From: an uncultured Planctomycetota bacterium
Lineage (GTDB): Bacteria > Planctomycetota > Planctomycetia > Isosphaerales > Isosphaeraceae
Length of the DNA stretch: 64,000 bases
Assembly: GCA_963845755.1 (NCBI GenBank)
Contig: CAWJTV010000011.1
Coordinates: 800,001-864,000, forward strand
Reading direction: 5' to 3'
The notes under the pieces were generated by a model. It was not told where the DNA came from. It made no database searches and saw only the letters and a program-made list of their open reading frames with translations. The translations under genes and the position numbers were made by a program. Below, piece by piece: positions 42,047-54,121 of this stretch. Within the stretch, counting starts at the first letter, position 1. Every line of letters starts with the position of its first letter.

Positions 42047-45000
42047 TTACAGATACCGCTGATCCGGCGTCCAAAGAAACAAGAAATATTGATAGATAGA
42101 CCGCCATCGATCGGCGCCGTGGAGGGCCAGGACCTTGGCGACGGAGATCCGCGTCCGGTTCTTGGTCGCGTCGTGATCGGTGCCGGGCGCGGGGTCGTCG
42201 GGGAGGGCCTCGACCTGCTCGACGGCTCGCCGCGGGTTGACCAGGGCCAGCGCGGTCAGGATGTCCGGCGACACGTAGTCGGCGCCGAAGATCGCCTGGC
42301 GCGCCCCGGCCCGGTCCAACTCGGGCTCGAGCAACCGGGCGGCCAGGCCGCGATCGTAGCGGGCGACCATCATCGCGAGCACGGCGGTGGCCCTGGCCAG
42401 TTGAGGCTCATCGGCAGCGGTCTGATCGCCGCGGGCGCGGCGGAGCAAGACGGCGCGGCCGAGGAAGTCCGGCAGGCGGTCCGGTGCGACCTGCTCGACG
42501 ATCGGCAGCAGGCCAATCGCTACGGTCAAGGGGCTGGGCTGGCCGGTCTCGAGGTTCTGCGCGGCCAGGCGCTCCAGCTCGATGAATGCCTCGTCGAGCA
42601 GTCGGACCGCCGCCGACCGGTCCGTCGCGGCGACCGCCTGCGCCATCAGCCCGAAGGCATAGGGACGCAGGGGCAAAGCATCCGGCGAGATTCGCGATTC
42701 GGCGAGCCGACGGGCCCGGGCCAGGTCCTGGGGCGCCATCCTCGTGCAGACGGCGACGATCTCGCGATCCATGTCCGGCCGGAGGCTCGTGTGTTCCAGC
42801 AGGATTCGCTCGGCGACGGCCGGGGAGCGGGCCGCCAGTTTGTGGGCGATCCGGCCGTAGTGCTGCTCGAAGATCCGGCTGCGGTCGCCCGGCTCGGTCT
42901 TCCGGGCGTCCTGTCTCTGCTCCTCAACGATCTTCAGCGCGGCGGGCAAGTCGACCTGCGCCAGCGATACAGCGAGGTAAAGGGGGGCGTGCTCGGAGGC
43001 CTTGTCCCCCCTGGGGATATTCCTGGCCAGTTCCTGACCCTCGCGAAGCACGGCTCGGGCGCGTTCGACGTCTCCCAGGTCGATCAGGCGGTCGGCGATC
43101 TGGCCGGTCACGTTGAATCGGTGCAGCAAGGGAGTGACGGGCTTGCTATGCAAGATCGCCTGATCGAGGAACTGCGCGCTTGCGCTCGGGAGCCAGGTTC
43201 GGTATGACGTCCACGAGCCGGACGTATCCATAAGCCCGCGCGTTCGCGCTCGTAGCGGCCTCGATGATGGCGGTCGCATCGTCGAGGCTCTCACTAGCCA
43301 TGGCTTCCGCCAGCAGGGAGCGAATCTCGTCGACGGAGTCGGGATCGCCGAACTTGGCCTCATCGAGCCACTCCATCGTGGAGTGCGGATCGATGGCGGC
43401 CGCGTCTCTCAGGACCACGTATTTCTGTTCGTCGTCGCCGCGCTCGAGGACCTTCGCCGCCAGGGGCTCGATCAACCGGCGGGCCAGGGCTTGCTCCTCT
43501 TCGATTGGCAGGGCGGATGCGAGCGTCTGGTACGCGACGATGGGAGGCTCGCTGGTGCGCGCGAGCGTGACCTTCACGGGAAGAGGATCGCCGGAGCCGG
43601 GGCTCACGGAACATCCAACAGGCGCAGACCGATATCCCTCCGTTTCGACGAAGATCAGAGCCGGTCCTTCGAGGACGCCGGGGAGCTGGAATCGGCCATC
43701 TTCCGCGGTGAGGGTTTCGGTCGGAATCGGTCCATCTCCCGACTGTCGAATCCGGGCGCCGGCGAGCGGCTGGCCTTGGCGGTTGACGACCCGTCCTTCG
43801 ACGTTCCCCACGCGCCTCAGGGCCAGGACGGGGGGCTTGGTCGATCTCTCGCCCAGTGCGATGGCGGGCGACCGTGCCGTCAGCCGGCCGGGTGCAAATG
43901 CCTCGGCATAATAGGAGGCATTGGCCGCGAATCGCCGTCGCAAACGATAGCGCCCCGCGGCGTCGGTACGCAGCGCGCGCGAGCCGTCTTCGCCCGCGAT
44001 CGGGTCGATGAGGATCACGCGCCTGCTCTTGTCCTTGACCTCGCGCCAGATCCGGACCGACGCGCCGGCAATCGGCCGGCCGGCCGTATCGACAACCCGG
44101 CCAGCAACAGGCGTGGTGTGCTTCGGGTTGATGGTGAGCCTCATGGGCGCTCGGCCGTGGCCTGGGTCTGGATGGTCACCGCGGGCGTGCTGGCGAAGCC
44201 ATCCCACGCCGTGAGGCTCAGCTCGGCGATCGGATCGATGCCGTGGAGTGTGAAGTTGCCGGACCGGTCGGTGCGCGCCAGCGACGCCTGGGACCTTCCC
44301 TCTTCCGAACCCCAGATCGCCTCGACCTCGGCGCCGGCGACGGCCTTGCCGTCCTCGCCGACGACCACGCCCTGAACCTCCACGCCGCGCCGCAGCGCGA
44401 TCGGCGGCATCTCCAGCTCGGCGACCCCTCGCGGAGGCATACTCTGGGGGATCTCCGCCTGGTCGGCCGGCGTGAAGAAGGGAGCGGGGATCCGGATCGG
44501 CCACCCGAACGGCTGGTTCACTTCGCGGAGGATCCGACCGGCGAACCGGCCCGCGGCGTCCGCCATGGTGAATCGGTCGCCGCCGTAGTAGCTGTTCAGG
44601 ATCACCTTCGCGCCCACGATCGGCCGGTTCGTCCCCTTCTCGCGCAGCACTCCGCGGACATTCACCGTCTCGCGCAACGGGATCGCGATCTCGGTCGTCC
44701 GCCCGGCCTTCACGACGACGTGCTTCGGCGCCGGTCCGCGCAACGGAGGACTCCTGGCGGCGTCGAATTCCAGCGCAAGGTCGAGCGTCCCCGCGGCCAT
44801 GGCGGGGATCTCGAATCGTCCTTGGGGGTCGCAGACCACAATGGCCGACCCACGATGCCCGGAGCCGGCATAGCCGCCGACCTGGGTCGCGGCGCGGAGA
44901 GTCACACCTCGGATTGGCTCATTAGCTGGGGCGACCAATCGTCCCACGACCCGGCCGACCGGCGCCAGCGCGAGGTTGATGATTTGATCGGCGTCTTTGC

Positions 45001-45709
45001 GTTTGCTGATATCGGGAATCCGGAATCCCGAATCCGGAATCTCGAATTGGGAATCCGGAATCTCCAGCGTTTGTGTACCAAACCCAGCCGCCTCGACCCG
45101 GAACGAGCCGAGCGCCTCAGGCGACAACCCTGCAAGGGCGGCTCGACCGCTCGCATCGGTCGTGGACGCGAGAGTCTGTCCCAATGGCTCGGGGATGAGC
45201 ACGTCTGCGGCGCGAATGGGAATGACCCGGGCACCGGCCACGGGCTTGCCGTCGGGACCGAAGAGGCGGATCGGCGTTTGGCCGGGCGATCCGAGCTCGA
45301 GTCGGATGGGCGGATCGTCATGCAGGACGACTCGCGGCAGACGATGCGAGGCGACGCGTGTGCCCTCTCCAACGGTCACCGCCCAGACCGTCATCGGCGG
45401 CGGCGTCCGCCGCGCGACGACCTCGGCGGGGATTTCGAGTCCGAACCGGCCGGCGGCGTCGCTACGAGCGTGAACGAGGATCGGCGGCGCTCCCTCGCCC
45501 GGGTCGGTGAAGGACGCGTACCACATCTCTTCCCCGAACTGTCGCCCCTCATCGGCGCGGATCGCGTCGGCCAGCCAGATGTTGACATTCGCAGCCGGCC
45601 GGCCCGAGCCGTCGACGACGGTGCCCACGATCGCGACCGGCTTCGGGTCGGGCGAGGGAGACAGTTGGGCCAGGGCCAGGGTTGCCAGCACCACGGGTAC
45701 GAGTGCCAT
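42047..45709 (-). CDS. Large secreted protein with carboxypeptidase-regulatory-like (G.VVD..G.P..GA) repeats and helical C-terminus, paralog B; frameshifts near 44150 and 43160
   Basis: ORFs 44141..45709, 43146..44504 and 42047..43363 join; ends LWTPDQRYL. Confidence 0.8.
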
Positions 45710-45748
45710 CAGCGTCGACTCCTGTCACGAGGAGGCGGTCCGTCAACT

Positions 45749-48700
45749 CTACAAATAGCGCTGGTCGGGGGTCCAAAGACCCAGGAAGTATTGGTAGATA
45801 TACCGCCAGCGGTCGGCGCCGTGGAAGGCCAGGACCTTGGCGACGTAGATCCGCGCCTGGTACTTGTTGGCCATGGGGTCGGTGCCGGGGGCGGGGTCTT
45901 CCGGCAGGGCCTCGACCTGCTCGACCGCCCGTTTCGGGTCGATCACCGCCAGGGCCGCCAGGATCCGCCAGGTCACCAGGTCCGTGCCGAAGGCCGTCGC
46001 GTGGCTCCCGATCTTTCGCAGCTCGGGCTCGAGCAACCGGGCGGCCAGCGCGCGATCGTACCGCGCGATCAACATCGCCATCGCGGGCGTGTTGTACGCG
46101 TTGACGTTCCCTTCGCGACCGGTCGGGTCGCCCTGGGGCGGCCGCAGCGCCAGGGTGCGGGCCAGGTACTCCGCCAGCCGGTCCGGCTCGATCGCCTCGA
46201 CGATCGGCAGCAAGCCCCCGCCCTGGTCGGGAACGGGGTAAGTGGCCATTTCCCCGCTGGCGCTGACCTGGTCGAGGGCCGCGTAGGCCGCGTCGATCAG
46301 CTCGAGGGCTGCGGTCTTGTCGGTTGCGGCGATCGCCCGGGCCATCAGGCCCAAGGTATGCGGCCGATAGGCCAGCGCGCCGTGCGAGAGGCGGCGTCCG
46401 GCGATGCGGCGGGCGCGGGCCAGGTCCTTCGCAGCCATCCGGGAGCAGACCGCGGCGACGTACCGATCCGCGGTCTCGTTGATCGGGATCCGCTCCAGCA
46501 CGCGTTCGGCGTCGGCCGGCGATTGAGCCGCCAGCCTGTAGGCGATGGCGCCGAGGGCGCGTTTCGAAGAGAATACTGCGGTCGCTCTTGTCGTTCTTGC
46601 GCGTTGTGCGCGAGATCGTCGAGGAGCTTCAGTGCGGCCGGCAGGTCGAGCCGGGCCAACGCCTCGGCGACCAGGCCGAGGTTGTAACCGTTCTTATTGC
46701 CTTTGGGGGTATTCTGGCCGATCCCGAGCGCCTCGTCGATCACGGCCCGCGCCCGTTCGGTCTCGCCCAGGTCGAGCCAGCGTTCGGCGAGCTGGGCCTC
46801 GATCTGGAGCCGGTCCGTGGACGACTTCATCCCCCGCTCGTTCACGGCCGCTTGCGCGAGGAGTTCCCGGAGTCGGGCCGGCGGCAGGTCGCGCCGGAGC
46901 TCGCAGATCCCCACGTATCCCCAGGCACGGATATCGGCGGTACCGCTGGCCTCGAGCAAGTCCGTCGCCTCGTCGAGATTCTCGCGCGACAGGGCTTCGG
47001 CCAGGTTGACCCGGGCGACCGTGAGATAGTCGGGGTTGACGAACTTGAACGACTCCAGCCGTTCGAGCATGTCGAGCGGGTCGATCTCGGCCGTGTCCTG
47101 GAGAAGGCGCAGTTTCTCCAATTCCGTGCCACACTGGAGGAACGTCTCGACACAAGGTTGAATCAGCCGTCGCGCCAGGACGATCTCCTCTTCAACGGGC
47201 AGGGCCGGCGGGAGGGTGTGATACGCGATGGTAGGCGGTTCGTTCGTCCGCGCGAGCACGACCTGGACCGGTTGGGATCCGTGGTTGACCGGCCGGAAGT
47301 GGGTCCGGAACCCCTCTTTTTCCGCGAAGACCAGCGCAGGTCCCTCACAGACGCCGGAAAGCCGAAACCGGCCGTCCTGGGTACTGAGGGTTTCGGTCGG
47401 CAACGGGCCGTCGCCCGACTGGCGAATCCGGGCGCCGGCGATCGGCTGCCGCTGACGGTCGACGACCCGCCCTTCGACGGTCCCCACGCGACGGAGCACC
47501 AGGACGGAGGTCTTGGTAAATTGTTCGGCGAGGGCGATGGCAGGCGATCGCGCCGTGAGCTGGCCCGGCGCAGACGCCTCGGCGTAATAAGAGGCATGCG
47601 CCGGGAATCGTCGTCGCGAGCGGTAGCGGCCGTCGGCGTCGGTGTGCAGCGCGACGGAGCCATCACCGGCTGCGATCGGCTCGACGACGATCACGGCCCC
47701 GGCCTTGTTCCGGAGCTGGCGCCAGATCCGGACCGATGCGCCGGCGATCGGCTGGCCGGCCGGGTCGACGACCCGGCCGCCGACGGGGGTCGTGTGCTTC
47801 GGGCTGATGGTCAGGGTGACCGGTCGAGCGCCGGGCCGGACCGTGACCTCGGGCGTGCTGGCGAATCCGTCCCAGGCCGTGACGTGGAGATCGGCGAGCG
47901 GATCGACCCCGTGAAGTGTGAACATGCCTGCCTGGTTGGTCCGCCCCAGCGCCGACCAGGGCTGCTCCTCGGCACCGGTCCAGATCGCCTCGACCTCGGC
48001 GCCGGCGACCGGCTTGTTGTCTTCGCCGACGACGGTCCCCTGGACGTCGACGCCGCGCGCCAGCACGAGTGGTGTCAGGTCGAACTCGCGGACCTCGCGC
48101 AGCGGCATTCTCTGCTGCGGGAGGGTGATGTCGGCCGGCTCGAAGAAGGGTGCGGGAATCCGGACCGGCCAGCCGAATGGCTGGGTCATCTCGCGAACGA
48201 TCCGGGCGGTGAACGTTCCCTGGGCGTCGGTCACGGCGAAGTGATCGCCGCCCAATCGCCCATTCAAGACGACCTTCACGCCCGGAACCGGCCGGTTCGA
48301 CTCCCTCTCGCGCACCAGCCCTCGGAGCTTCACCGTCTCGCGGAGCGGGATTGTCATCTCGGTCGATTGTCCGGCCTTGGCGATGAGGTGCCTCGGCGCC
48401 TCGCCGCGCAGCGGCAGGCTCCTGGCGGGGTCGAATTGCAGCTCGAGTGTCAGTACGCCCGCAGCGATGGCGGGGATCTCGAACCGTCCCTGCGCATCAC
48501 ACGTCACGGTCGCCGACCCGCGATGCCCGGAGCCGGCATAGCCGCCGACGAGCGTCGACGCACGAACGGTTACGCCCGTGATTCGCTCATGGCCCGGCGC
48601 GACCAGTTTGCCCGCAATCCGGCCGACCGGAGCCAACCGGACATCGAGGGACGGAGGAACCTCGATCTCCTGTTCGCCGAACCCCTGCGCCTCGACGCGG

Positions 48701-49302
48701 ACGGCTCCCAGCACCTCGGGCGCCAGGCAGGCGATGACCGCCCGACCGTTAGCGTCGGTCGTGGTCTCGAGCGCGTAGGTCAATCGTTTGCGGATCGGCA
48801 GGTCTCCGGCGCGGATCGGAGTGACCCGGGCGCCGGCGACCGGTTTGCCGTCGGGGCTGAGGATGGTCAGATCGGTCCTGGCGGGCGCGCCGAACACGAT
48901 GCGGACCGGAGGATCATTTGCCAGCACGATGCGCGGCAGGCGCAGCCAACCGAGGCGTGCGTCCTTTCCGGCAGCCGCCGCCCAGATCGCCAGGGGCCGC
49001 GGCGACCGTTGCGCGACGGCGTCCGCCGGGACGAGGAACGTGAATCGGCCCGCGGCATCGGCCGAGATGTGGTCGGATACGGGCGTGCGCCCTTCGTTCG
49101 GCCGAGTGGTGGGCGACCACCACAATTCGATGCCGACCTGCCGGCCTTCCTCGGGGCTCATCGCCTCGGCCAGCCAGACGTCGGCAAACGCGACAGGAGA
49201 GCCCGACCGGTCAACCACGATCCCCGTGATCGGAACCGGCTTCGGGTCGGCCGAGGGGGGCAGTTGGACCAGAGCCAGGAAGACCAGGGTCGTGAGTGAC
49301 AT
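45749..49302 (-). CDS. Large secreted protein with carboxypeptidase-regulatory-like repeats, paralog A; frameshifts near 46550-46610
   Basis: AGGAG RBS then MSLTTLVFLALVQLPP; colinear with paralog B; ends LWTPDQRYL. Confidence 0.8.
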
Positions 49303-49480
49303 GCGAATTCTCCTACGGTTGCACTGACAAATGTCGAATCTCAGGGTAACGGCCGGAAGATACCGGGTCAAGGCGGGGTGGGCGGGCCGTTCCGCATGTC
49401 GGTGGACAGCCAAACGACGACCCGAGCCATATGGTAGTGTGGGTGAAACTACTAATATAACATAAAAACTTGTTAATATA

Positions 49481-49685
49481 ACTTGTTCCCACGCGGGAGC
49501 GTGGGAACAAGTTAGAGTCTGTCCCAGAAGGGCGAGCGGCGGACGTCAGCCCCCTGTCCGGTGAGCGACGGACCTCCAAGACAGGGGGGCTGACGCCCCC
49601 CGCTCGCCCGGCCCGGCCCCTTCCGGGACAGACTCTGAATCGACTCAAGAAACGGCCGGAAATTGGTGGGTTTCGTCCACCCTAC
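49481..49685. repeat. Cluster of REP-like palindromes in the divergent intergenic region
   Basis: CTTGTTCCCACGC-GGGA-GCGTGGGAACAAG; AGAGTCTGTCCC...GGGACAGACTCT enclosing GTCAGCCCCCTGTC/GACAGGGGGGCTGAC; GGTGGGTTTCGTCCACCCTAC. Confidence 0.8.
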
Positions 49686-49707
49686 TCAAATAAAAAAAGT
49701 ACGGGCC

Positions 49708-49757
49708 TTGACTGGCCGTAGAGTCACCGATACACTGTATTAGTTCGATAGCACACT
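49708..49757 (+). promoter_or_regulatory. Sigma70-type promoter with overlapping YtrA-type GntR operator
   Basis: TTGACT (49708) - 17 bp - TACACT (49731), followed by the imperfect palindrome TGTATTAGTTCGATAGCACA. Confidence 0.75.
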
Positions 49758-49772
49758 AGGGAGCCAGGACGA

Positions 49773-50192
49773 ATGATCATACTCGACCTGAACACGGGCA
49801 ACGAGCGGCCGATTTACAACCAGATCGCGGACCGAGTGAAGTTCGCGGTGGCCGGAGGTGCCTTGCGTCCCGGCGACATGGTGCCTTCGGTGCGGGAGTT
49901 GTCGAAGCAGTTGGTGGTGAACCCGAACACCGTGGCGCGGGCCTACGGGGACTTGCAGAAAGAGGGCCTGCTGGAAACGGTGCGCGGGATGGGGCTCCAG
50001 GTGGCCGAGGGCGCCGTGGACCGCTGCCGCGTGGCGCGTCGGGAGATGGTGCGCCAGCGATTGCGGCACGTCATCGAGGAGACGTGGCAGAGCCGGATGG
50101 ACCCGACGGAGATCGAGACCATCTTCCGGGAGGAATGGGCCCGCGTGGCCAGCCGGAGCAATGGCGAGGCCGGGATCTCCGCCCGAGCCTAG
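49773..50192 (+). CDS. GntR family regulator (YtrA subfamily)
   Basis: PIYNQI, LRPGDMVPSVRELS..L.VNPNTVARAY; short C-domain; precedes an ABC ATPase. Confidence 0.92.
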   Translation: MIILDLNTGNERPIYNQIADRVKFAVAGGALRPGDMVPSVRELSKQLVVNPNTVARAYGDLQKEGLLETVRGMGLQVAEGAVDRCRVARREMVRQRLRHVIEETWQSRMDPTEIETIFREEWARVASRSNGEAGISARA

Positions 50193-50267
50193 CGGATTTT
50201 GGGCCTGCTTCTTGATTCCATCCCAAATCCCAAGTCCAGAATTCCCAATCGATCGAGGGGGCGCGGC

Positions 50268-51230
50268 ATGGCACACGCGGGGGCGGTGATCCGGGTCGAT
50301 AGGCTGACCAAGCGGTACCGGAGCCAGACGGCGGTCGATGGGCTGTCGCTGGAAGTGCCCGAGGGCTCGGTCTTCGGCCTGCTGGGTGAGAACGGGGCGG
50401 GAAAGACCACGACGATCCAGACGGTACTGGGGATGATCCAGCCAAGCTCGGGCCGGCTCGAAGTGCTGGGCATCGACCCGTCGCGGCAGGGGTTCGAGGT
50501 GCGTCGGCGCGTGGGTTTCGTGCCCGAGGCTCCGGTGCTCTACGACGGGATGACTGTGGCTCAGATCGGCTGGTTCGCCGCGGCGTTCCACCTGGATGCC
50601 AGGAGGTCCACCGGAGGCTACCGGACGCGGTACGCCGAGCTGACGCGCGATTTCGAGCTGCCGCCGAAACGGAAGATCAAGGAGCTCTCGAAGGGGATGA
50701 GGGCGAAGGTGTCGCTGTCTCTGGCGCTCGCCTCGGACCCGTCGCTGCTGATCCTCGACGAGCCGACCTCCGGGCTCGACGTGCTGGTCCGCCGCGAGTT
50801 CCTCGAGAGCATGGTCGACCTGGCCGGGGCGGGCCGGACCGTGCTGCTGTCCAGCCACCAGATCGGCGAGGTCGAACGGGTCGCCAGCCATGTGGCCTTG
50901 CTTCATCGCGGCAAGCTGATCCTCGCCGAGCCGCTGGACGACCTGAAGGCCCACACCTTCGTGATCTCGGTGATGTTCACCAGCCGCGACCACCCCGAGA
51001 CGCCTCCCGAGGGACGCGGCCTGGAGCTGATCGACGCCTCGGACGCCCCGCGCCAGGCGCGCTGGCTGGTCCGGGCCGCGGACCGCTCGGCGTGCGAAGC
51101 CCTGCGAGCCATGCCGGGTGTCGAGGACCTGAACGTCGAGTCGCCCAGCCTGGAGGAGATCTACATCGGCTACATGCGCGCCCGGCGGCCCGAGCGCCCG
51201 GCGCAGCCGCGGGTCTGGTACGTGGCGTGA
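50268..51230 (+). CDS. ABC transporter ATP-binding protein
   Basis: GENGAGKTT, LSKGM, LILDEPTSGLD and SSH. Confidence 0.95.
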   Translation: MAHAGAVIRVDRLTKRYRSQTAVDGLSLEVPEGSVFGLLGENGAGKTTTIQTVLGMIQPSSGRLEVLGIDPSRQGFEVRRRVGFVPEAPVLYDGMTVAQIGWFAAAFHLDARRSTGGYRTRYAELTRDFELPPKRKIKELSKGMRAKVSLSLALASDPSLLILDEPTSGLDVLVRREFLESMVDLAGAGRTVLLSSHQIGEVERVASHVALLHRGKLILAEPLDDLKAHTFVISVMFTSRDHPETPPEGRGLELIDASDAPRQARWLVRAADRSACEALRAMPGVEDLNVESPSLEEIYIGYMRARRPERPAQPRVWYVA

Positions 51231-51313
51231 AGGAATATACGAGTGATCGGTCGTAGCGTGGTGTCGAACGTCGCGCAGCGGCGTGAGGCCCACCGAGGAG
51301 CTGGAGCCATCCC

Positions 51314-54121
51314 ATGTATCTGCGTTTTTGGTGGAAGGACGCGCGGCAGTTCTGGCCGATCTGGGTCTTCCTGATCCTGGCTGCGGCCGGCACGCAGGGG
51401 CTCTTGCTGTCTTACGGGGATCCGAGTGTGCGGAACTTCGGCGTCCTGGGTTTCGTGGCCTTGTGCTGGGCGACCCTCTATGCGTGCGCGGTCGGTTCGG
51501 CCGCGTTCGCCGGGGAGCGCGAGACCGGCACGCTACGATTCCTCGACATCCTCCCAGCTTCGCGCGGGGTCGTCTGGACGAGCAAGGTGTCGTTCGCCGC
51601 CTTCACGACCCTGGGCCTGACGGCGACCCTGCTGGCGATCGCGGCGCTGGGTAGCGACGATTGGGACTTGCCAGGCCAAATCCACGCATACCCGGATGCG
51701 CTCCCGTTCGTCGGCGTTCTGGTGCAGGCGCTAGCTCTCGGGCTGTTTTGCTCATCGATCATGAAAAACGCCATCATAGCGGCGATCTCGACGGTGGGCC
51801 TCACGGCCGTCGGTTGGACAGTCCTGATGGCGTCTTTTAGCCAAAACGGTGGAGGATTCAGCCAGGCGACGGACGAGATCTTCGGCGGGCAGCTCAAGAT
51901 CGCATCGGCCGCGATCGTCGCCTCGCTCATCGCGTTCACCTGGGCGCGGCGCAACCGTCGGGCGCCGATCCGACTGCGGCTCCAATCGCCGATCGTGGTG
52001 ACGTCGAGCGGCGCCGGGCGCGGGTCTCCTGGCCCTGCCCTCCGGCCGACCGACGGTCTCCAGCAGCCGAGGAAGGGTCCGCCTGTGGAGACCCTGGGTC
52101 AACTCGTCGTCGCCGACACTCCGGGTGCCCGGAGACCCGCGCCGATCGCGGCCCTCACCTGGTCGGCCGACCAGCCACGGCCTCGATCATGGCTCACGGA
52201 AATGCGATACTTGATCTGGCAGACCATGCAAGAAGGGCGCGCGACCTGGTATCTCCTGCTGGTGATCGGGCTGATCATCCCGTTGAGCGTGGCGACCCTC
52301 GGGGACATGCGAAACCTGTCCTTCGCGATACCCTGGAACGCGCTGATCGCCCTGGTGGCAGGAGTCAGCGTCTTCGGGCTGGAGAACCGGGCGCGGACTT
52401 ATCGATTCCTCGTCCACCACGGGGCGCGACCGGGGTCCGTCTGGCTGGCGAAGCTGCTGACCTGGTGCTTCGGGCTGGCGATCATCTGGGTGCCGCTGGT
52501 GATGATGCACGCGGGCTCGCCCACGATATCCCCCGACTCACGAGAGGACTTGATCTGGCTCGCCTTGTGCCTTCCGACAGGCTTCGCCGTGGCGCAGTTC
52601 TGTGGGATGGCAATCTCGCGCGGGATCACAGCCTGGGCGATTGCCCTGGTGGTCTCGATCGGATTAGGACTCGCCCAGGTCGAGATGGTCCGAGGGATGA
52701 TGTTGCCGATCTGGGGCCTGGCGGCGATACCCCTGACGCTGCTGGCGGCCACCTGGGCCTGGCGCAGGGACTGGCTTCTGGACCGCCCGGCGCCGGGGCG
52801 CTATGTCCGGCTCGGATTGATACTGGCCACGACCGTGGGGGCGCTGCTGGGCGGATACTCCGGTGTGCGGGTCTGGAGCATTCCCGATGCCGGGCCGATC
52901 GCCGAACCGACTGTCTGGACCGCCTTAGACATTCTTCCGCCCAGCCGCAATGCGGCCGAGCTCTATCGCGAGGCGGCAGGCAAGCTGAGCAAGAGCCGGC
53001 TAGGGAATATCGTGGACTATGCCATGGAACGGGAGGCACTCGCCCTGACCCGCCAGGCGGCGGCCCGGCCGGACTGCCGGTTCGCACCAACCGAGCAGCT
53101 CACCTTGGTGAATGGACCGAACCTGCCGCCGATGAACGAGCTCGCCGGATTGATGATAATCGACGCGCGCAATCGCATCGACAAGAAAGACCTCTCCGGT
53201 GCCTGGGACGACATCGTGGTGCTGCTCCGCATGGCCCGGCACGTCAGCGAGGGAGCGACGATCACCCACGGCAAGAAGGCCCTCGCGATCGAGAAGGAGG
53301 CGCTGGACCTCGCGATCGACTGGGCCACGATGGAGGGTCAGACGCCCGATCGGCTCCACGCGGCGATCGCGGCTTACCGGGACTGGATCGGGCTGACCCC
53401 GGCGGTGGAGGTCGCCCGGGCCGAGGGGATCCTCCTCGAACGGACGATCGATCTTCCCATCGACGACCTCAAGGGATTGCTGCTGGAGACCATTGTCGGT
53501 GCCACGTCGTTGAGCCAGGGCAAGGTCCCGATCGGGGCAGCCCTGCGGGTCGGCCTGATCACTACGCCCTGGGAGCGCGCCCGTGCTCGGCGCGTCAACC
53601 GCCGATATGTCGCCGACCTCATCCAGATGGCGGCTCTCGAACCGTGGCAATCGCGGCCATCGCCCGGGCCTGGAGACCCGATCTTCTACGATCTGGAGAG
53701 CACCCCGCTGGCGAAATTGCTGGAAGCGAGCTTTGATTCCTATCTCCTTGCGGAGCACAACAACGAGGTTGCGCGACGGGCGATCGTGCAAGTGATGGCG
53801 ATCCGGGCCTGGCAGCTCAAACACGGTGGCCAATTCCCCGATCGCCTCGAAGCGATCGTCCCCGACGATCTGCCCAGCCTTCCCGTCGACCCGTACTCGG
53901 GCAAGCCATTCGGTTATCTCGCATATGCCCGGAATCCGTCTTTGGTCCAGCAGACGCTCTTGGCCGCGGGGAAGCTCGTCTCCGACCCGATTCCGCCAGA
54001 GACTCGGGTGCTCTTCAGCGCCGGGCTCAATCGAGCAGATGACGTCAATGTGGCCACCACCTCCAGCTACCGTACTGACGATATCCTCTTCCCGATCCCA
54101 CCAGTCGGTGCGCCTCGCTGA
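51314..54121 (+). CDS. ABC-2 type permease (two permease halves) with large C-terminal extracytoplasmic domain
   Basis: F.GERETGTLRFL..LP and FGLENRARTYRFL repeats; many TM helices; C-terminal FPDRL...LPVDPYSGKPFGY. Confidence 0.8.
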   Translation: MYLRFWWKDARQFWPIWVFLILAAAGTQGLLLSYGDPSVRNFGVLGFVALCWATLYACAVGSAAFAGERETGTLRFLDILPASRGVVWTSKVSFAAFTTLGLTATLLAIAALGSDDWDLPGQIHAYPDALPFVGVLVQALALGLFCSSIMKNAIIAAISTVGLTAVGWTVLMASFSQNGGGFSQATDEIFGGQLKIASAAIVASLIAFTWARRNRRAPIRLRLQSPIVVTSSGAGRGSPGPALRPTDGLQQPRKGPPVETLGQLVVADTPGARRPAPIAALTWSADQPRPRSWLTEMRYLIWQTMQEGRATWYLLLVIGLIIPLSVATLGDMRNLSFAIPWNALIALVAGVSVFGLENRARTYRFLVHHGARPGSVWLAKLLTWCFGLAIIWVPLVMMHAGSPTISPDSREDLIWLALCLPTGFAVAQFCGMAISRGITAWAIALVVSIGLGLAQVEMVRGMMLPIWGLAAIPLTLLAATWAWRRDWLLDRPAPGRYVRLGLILATTVGALLGGYSGVRVWSIPDAGPIAEPTVWTALDILPPSRNAAELYREAAGKLSKSRLGNIVDYAMEREALALTRQAAARPDCRFAPTEQLTLVNGPNLPPMNELAGLMIIDARNRIDKKDLSGAWDDIVVLLRMARHVSEGATITHGKKALAIEKEALDLAIDWATMEGQTPDRLHAAIAAYRDWIGLTPAVEVARAEGILLERTIDLPIDDLKGLLLETIVGATSLSQGKVPIGAALRVGLITTPWERARARRVNRRYVADLIQMAALEPWQSRPSPGPGDPIFYDLESTPLAKLLEASFDSYLLAEHNNEVARRAIVQVMAIRAWQLKHGGQFPDRLEAIVPDDLPSLPVDPYSGKPFGYLAYARNPSLVQQTLLAAGKLVSDPIPPETRVLFSAGLNRADDVNVATTSSYRTDDILFPIPPVGAPR

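Noticed and set aside
48289..48317. tRNA-like 3' end GGTTCGACTCCCTCTCGCGCACCA
   Set aside because: The T-stem does not pair, no cloverleaf is seen upstream, and it lies antisense within a CDS.
40088..49299. Very long plus-strand ORFs (40088..43207, 44243..46687, 46588..49299), and similar ones such as 7..1527
   Set aside because: Antisense shadows of high-GC genes; no motifs and Arg/Gly/Pro-biased composition.
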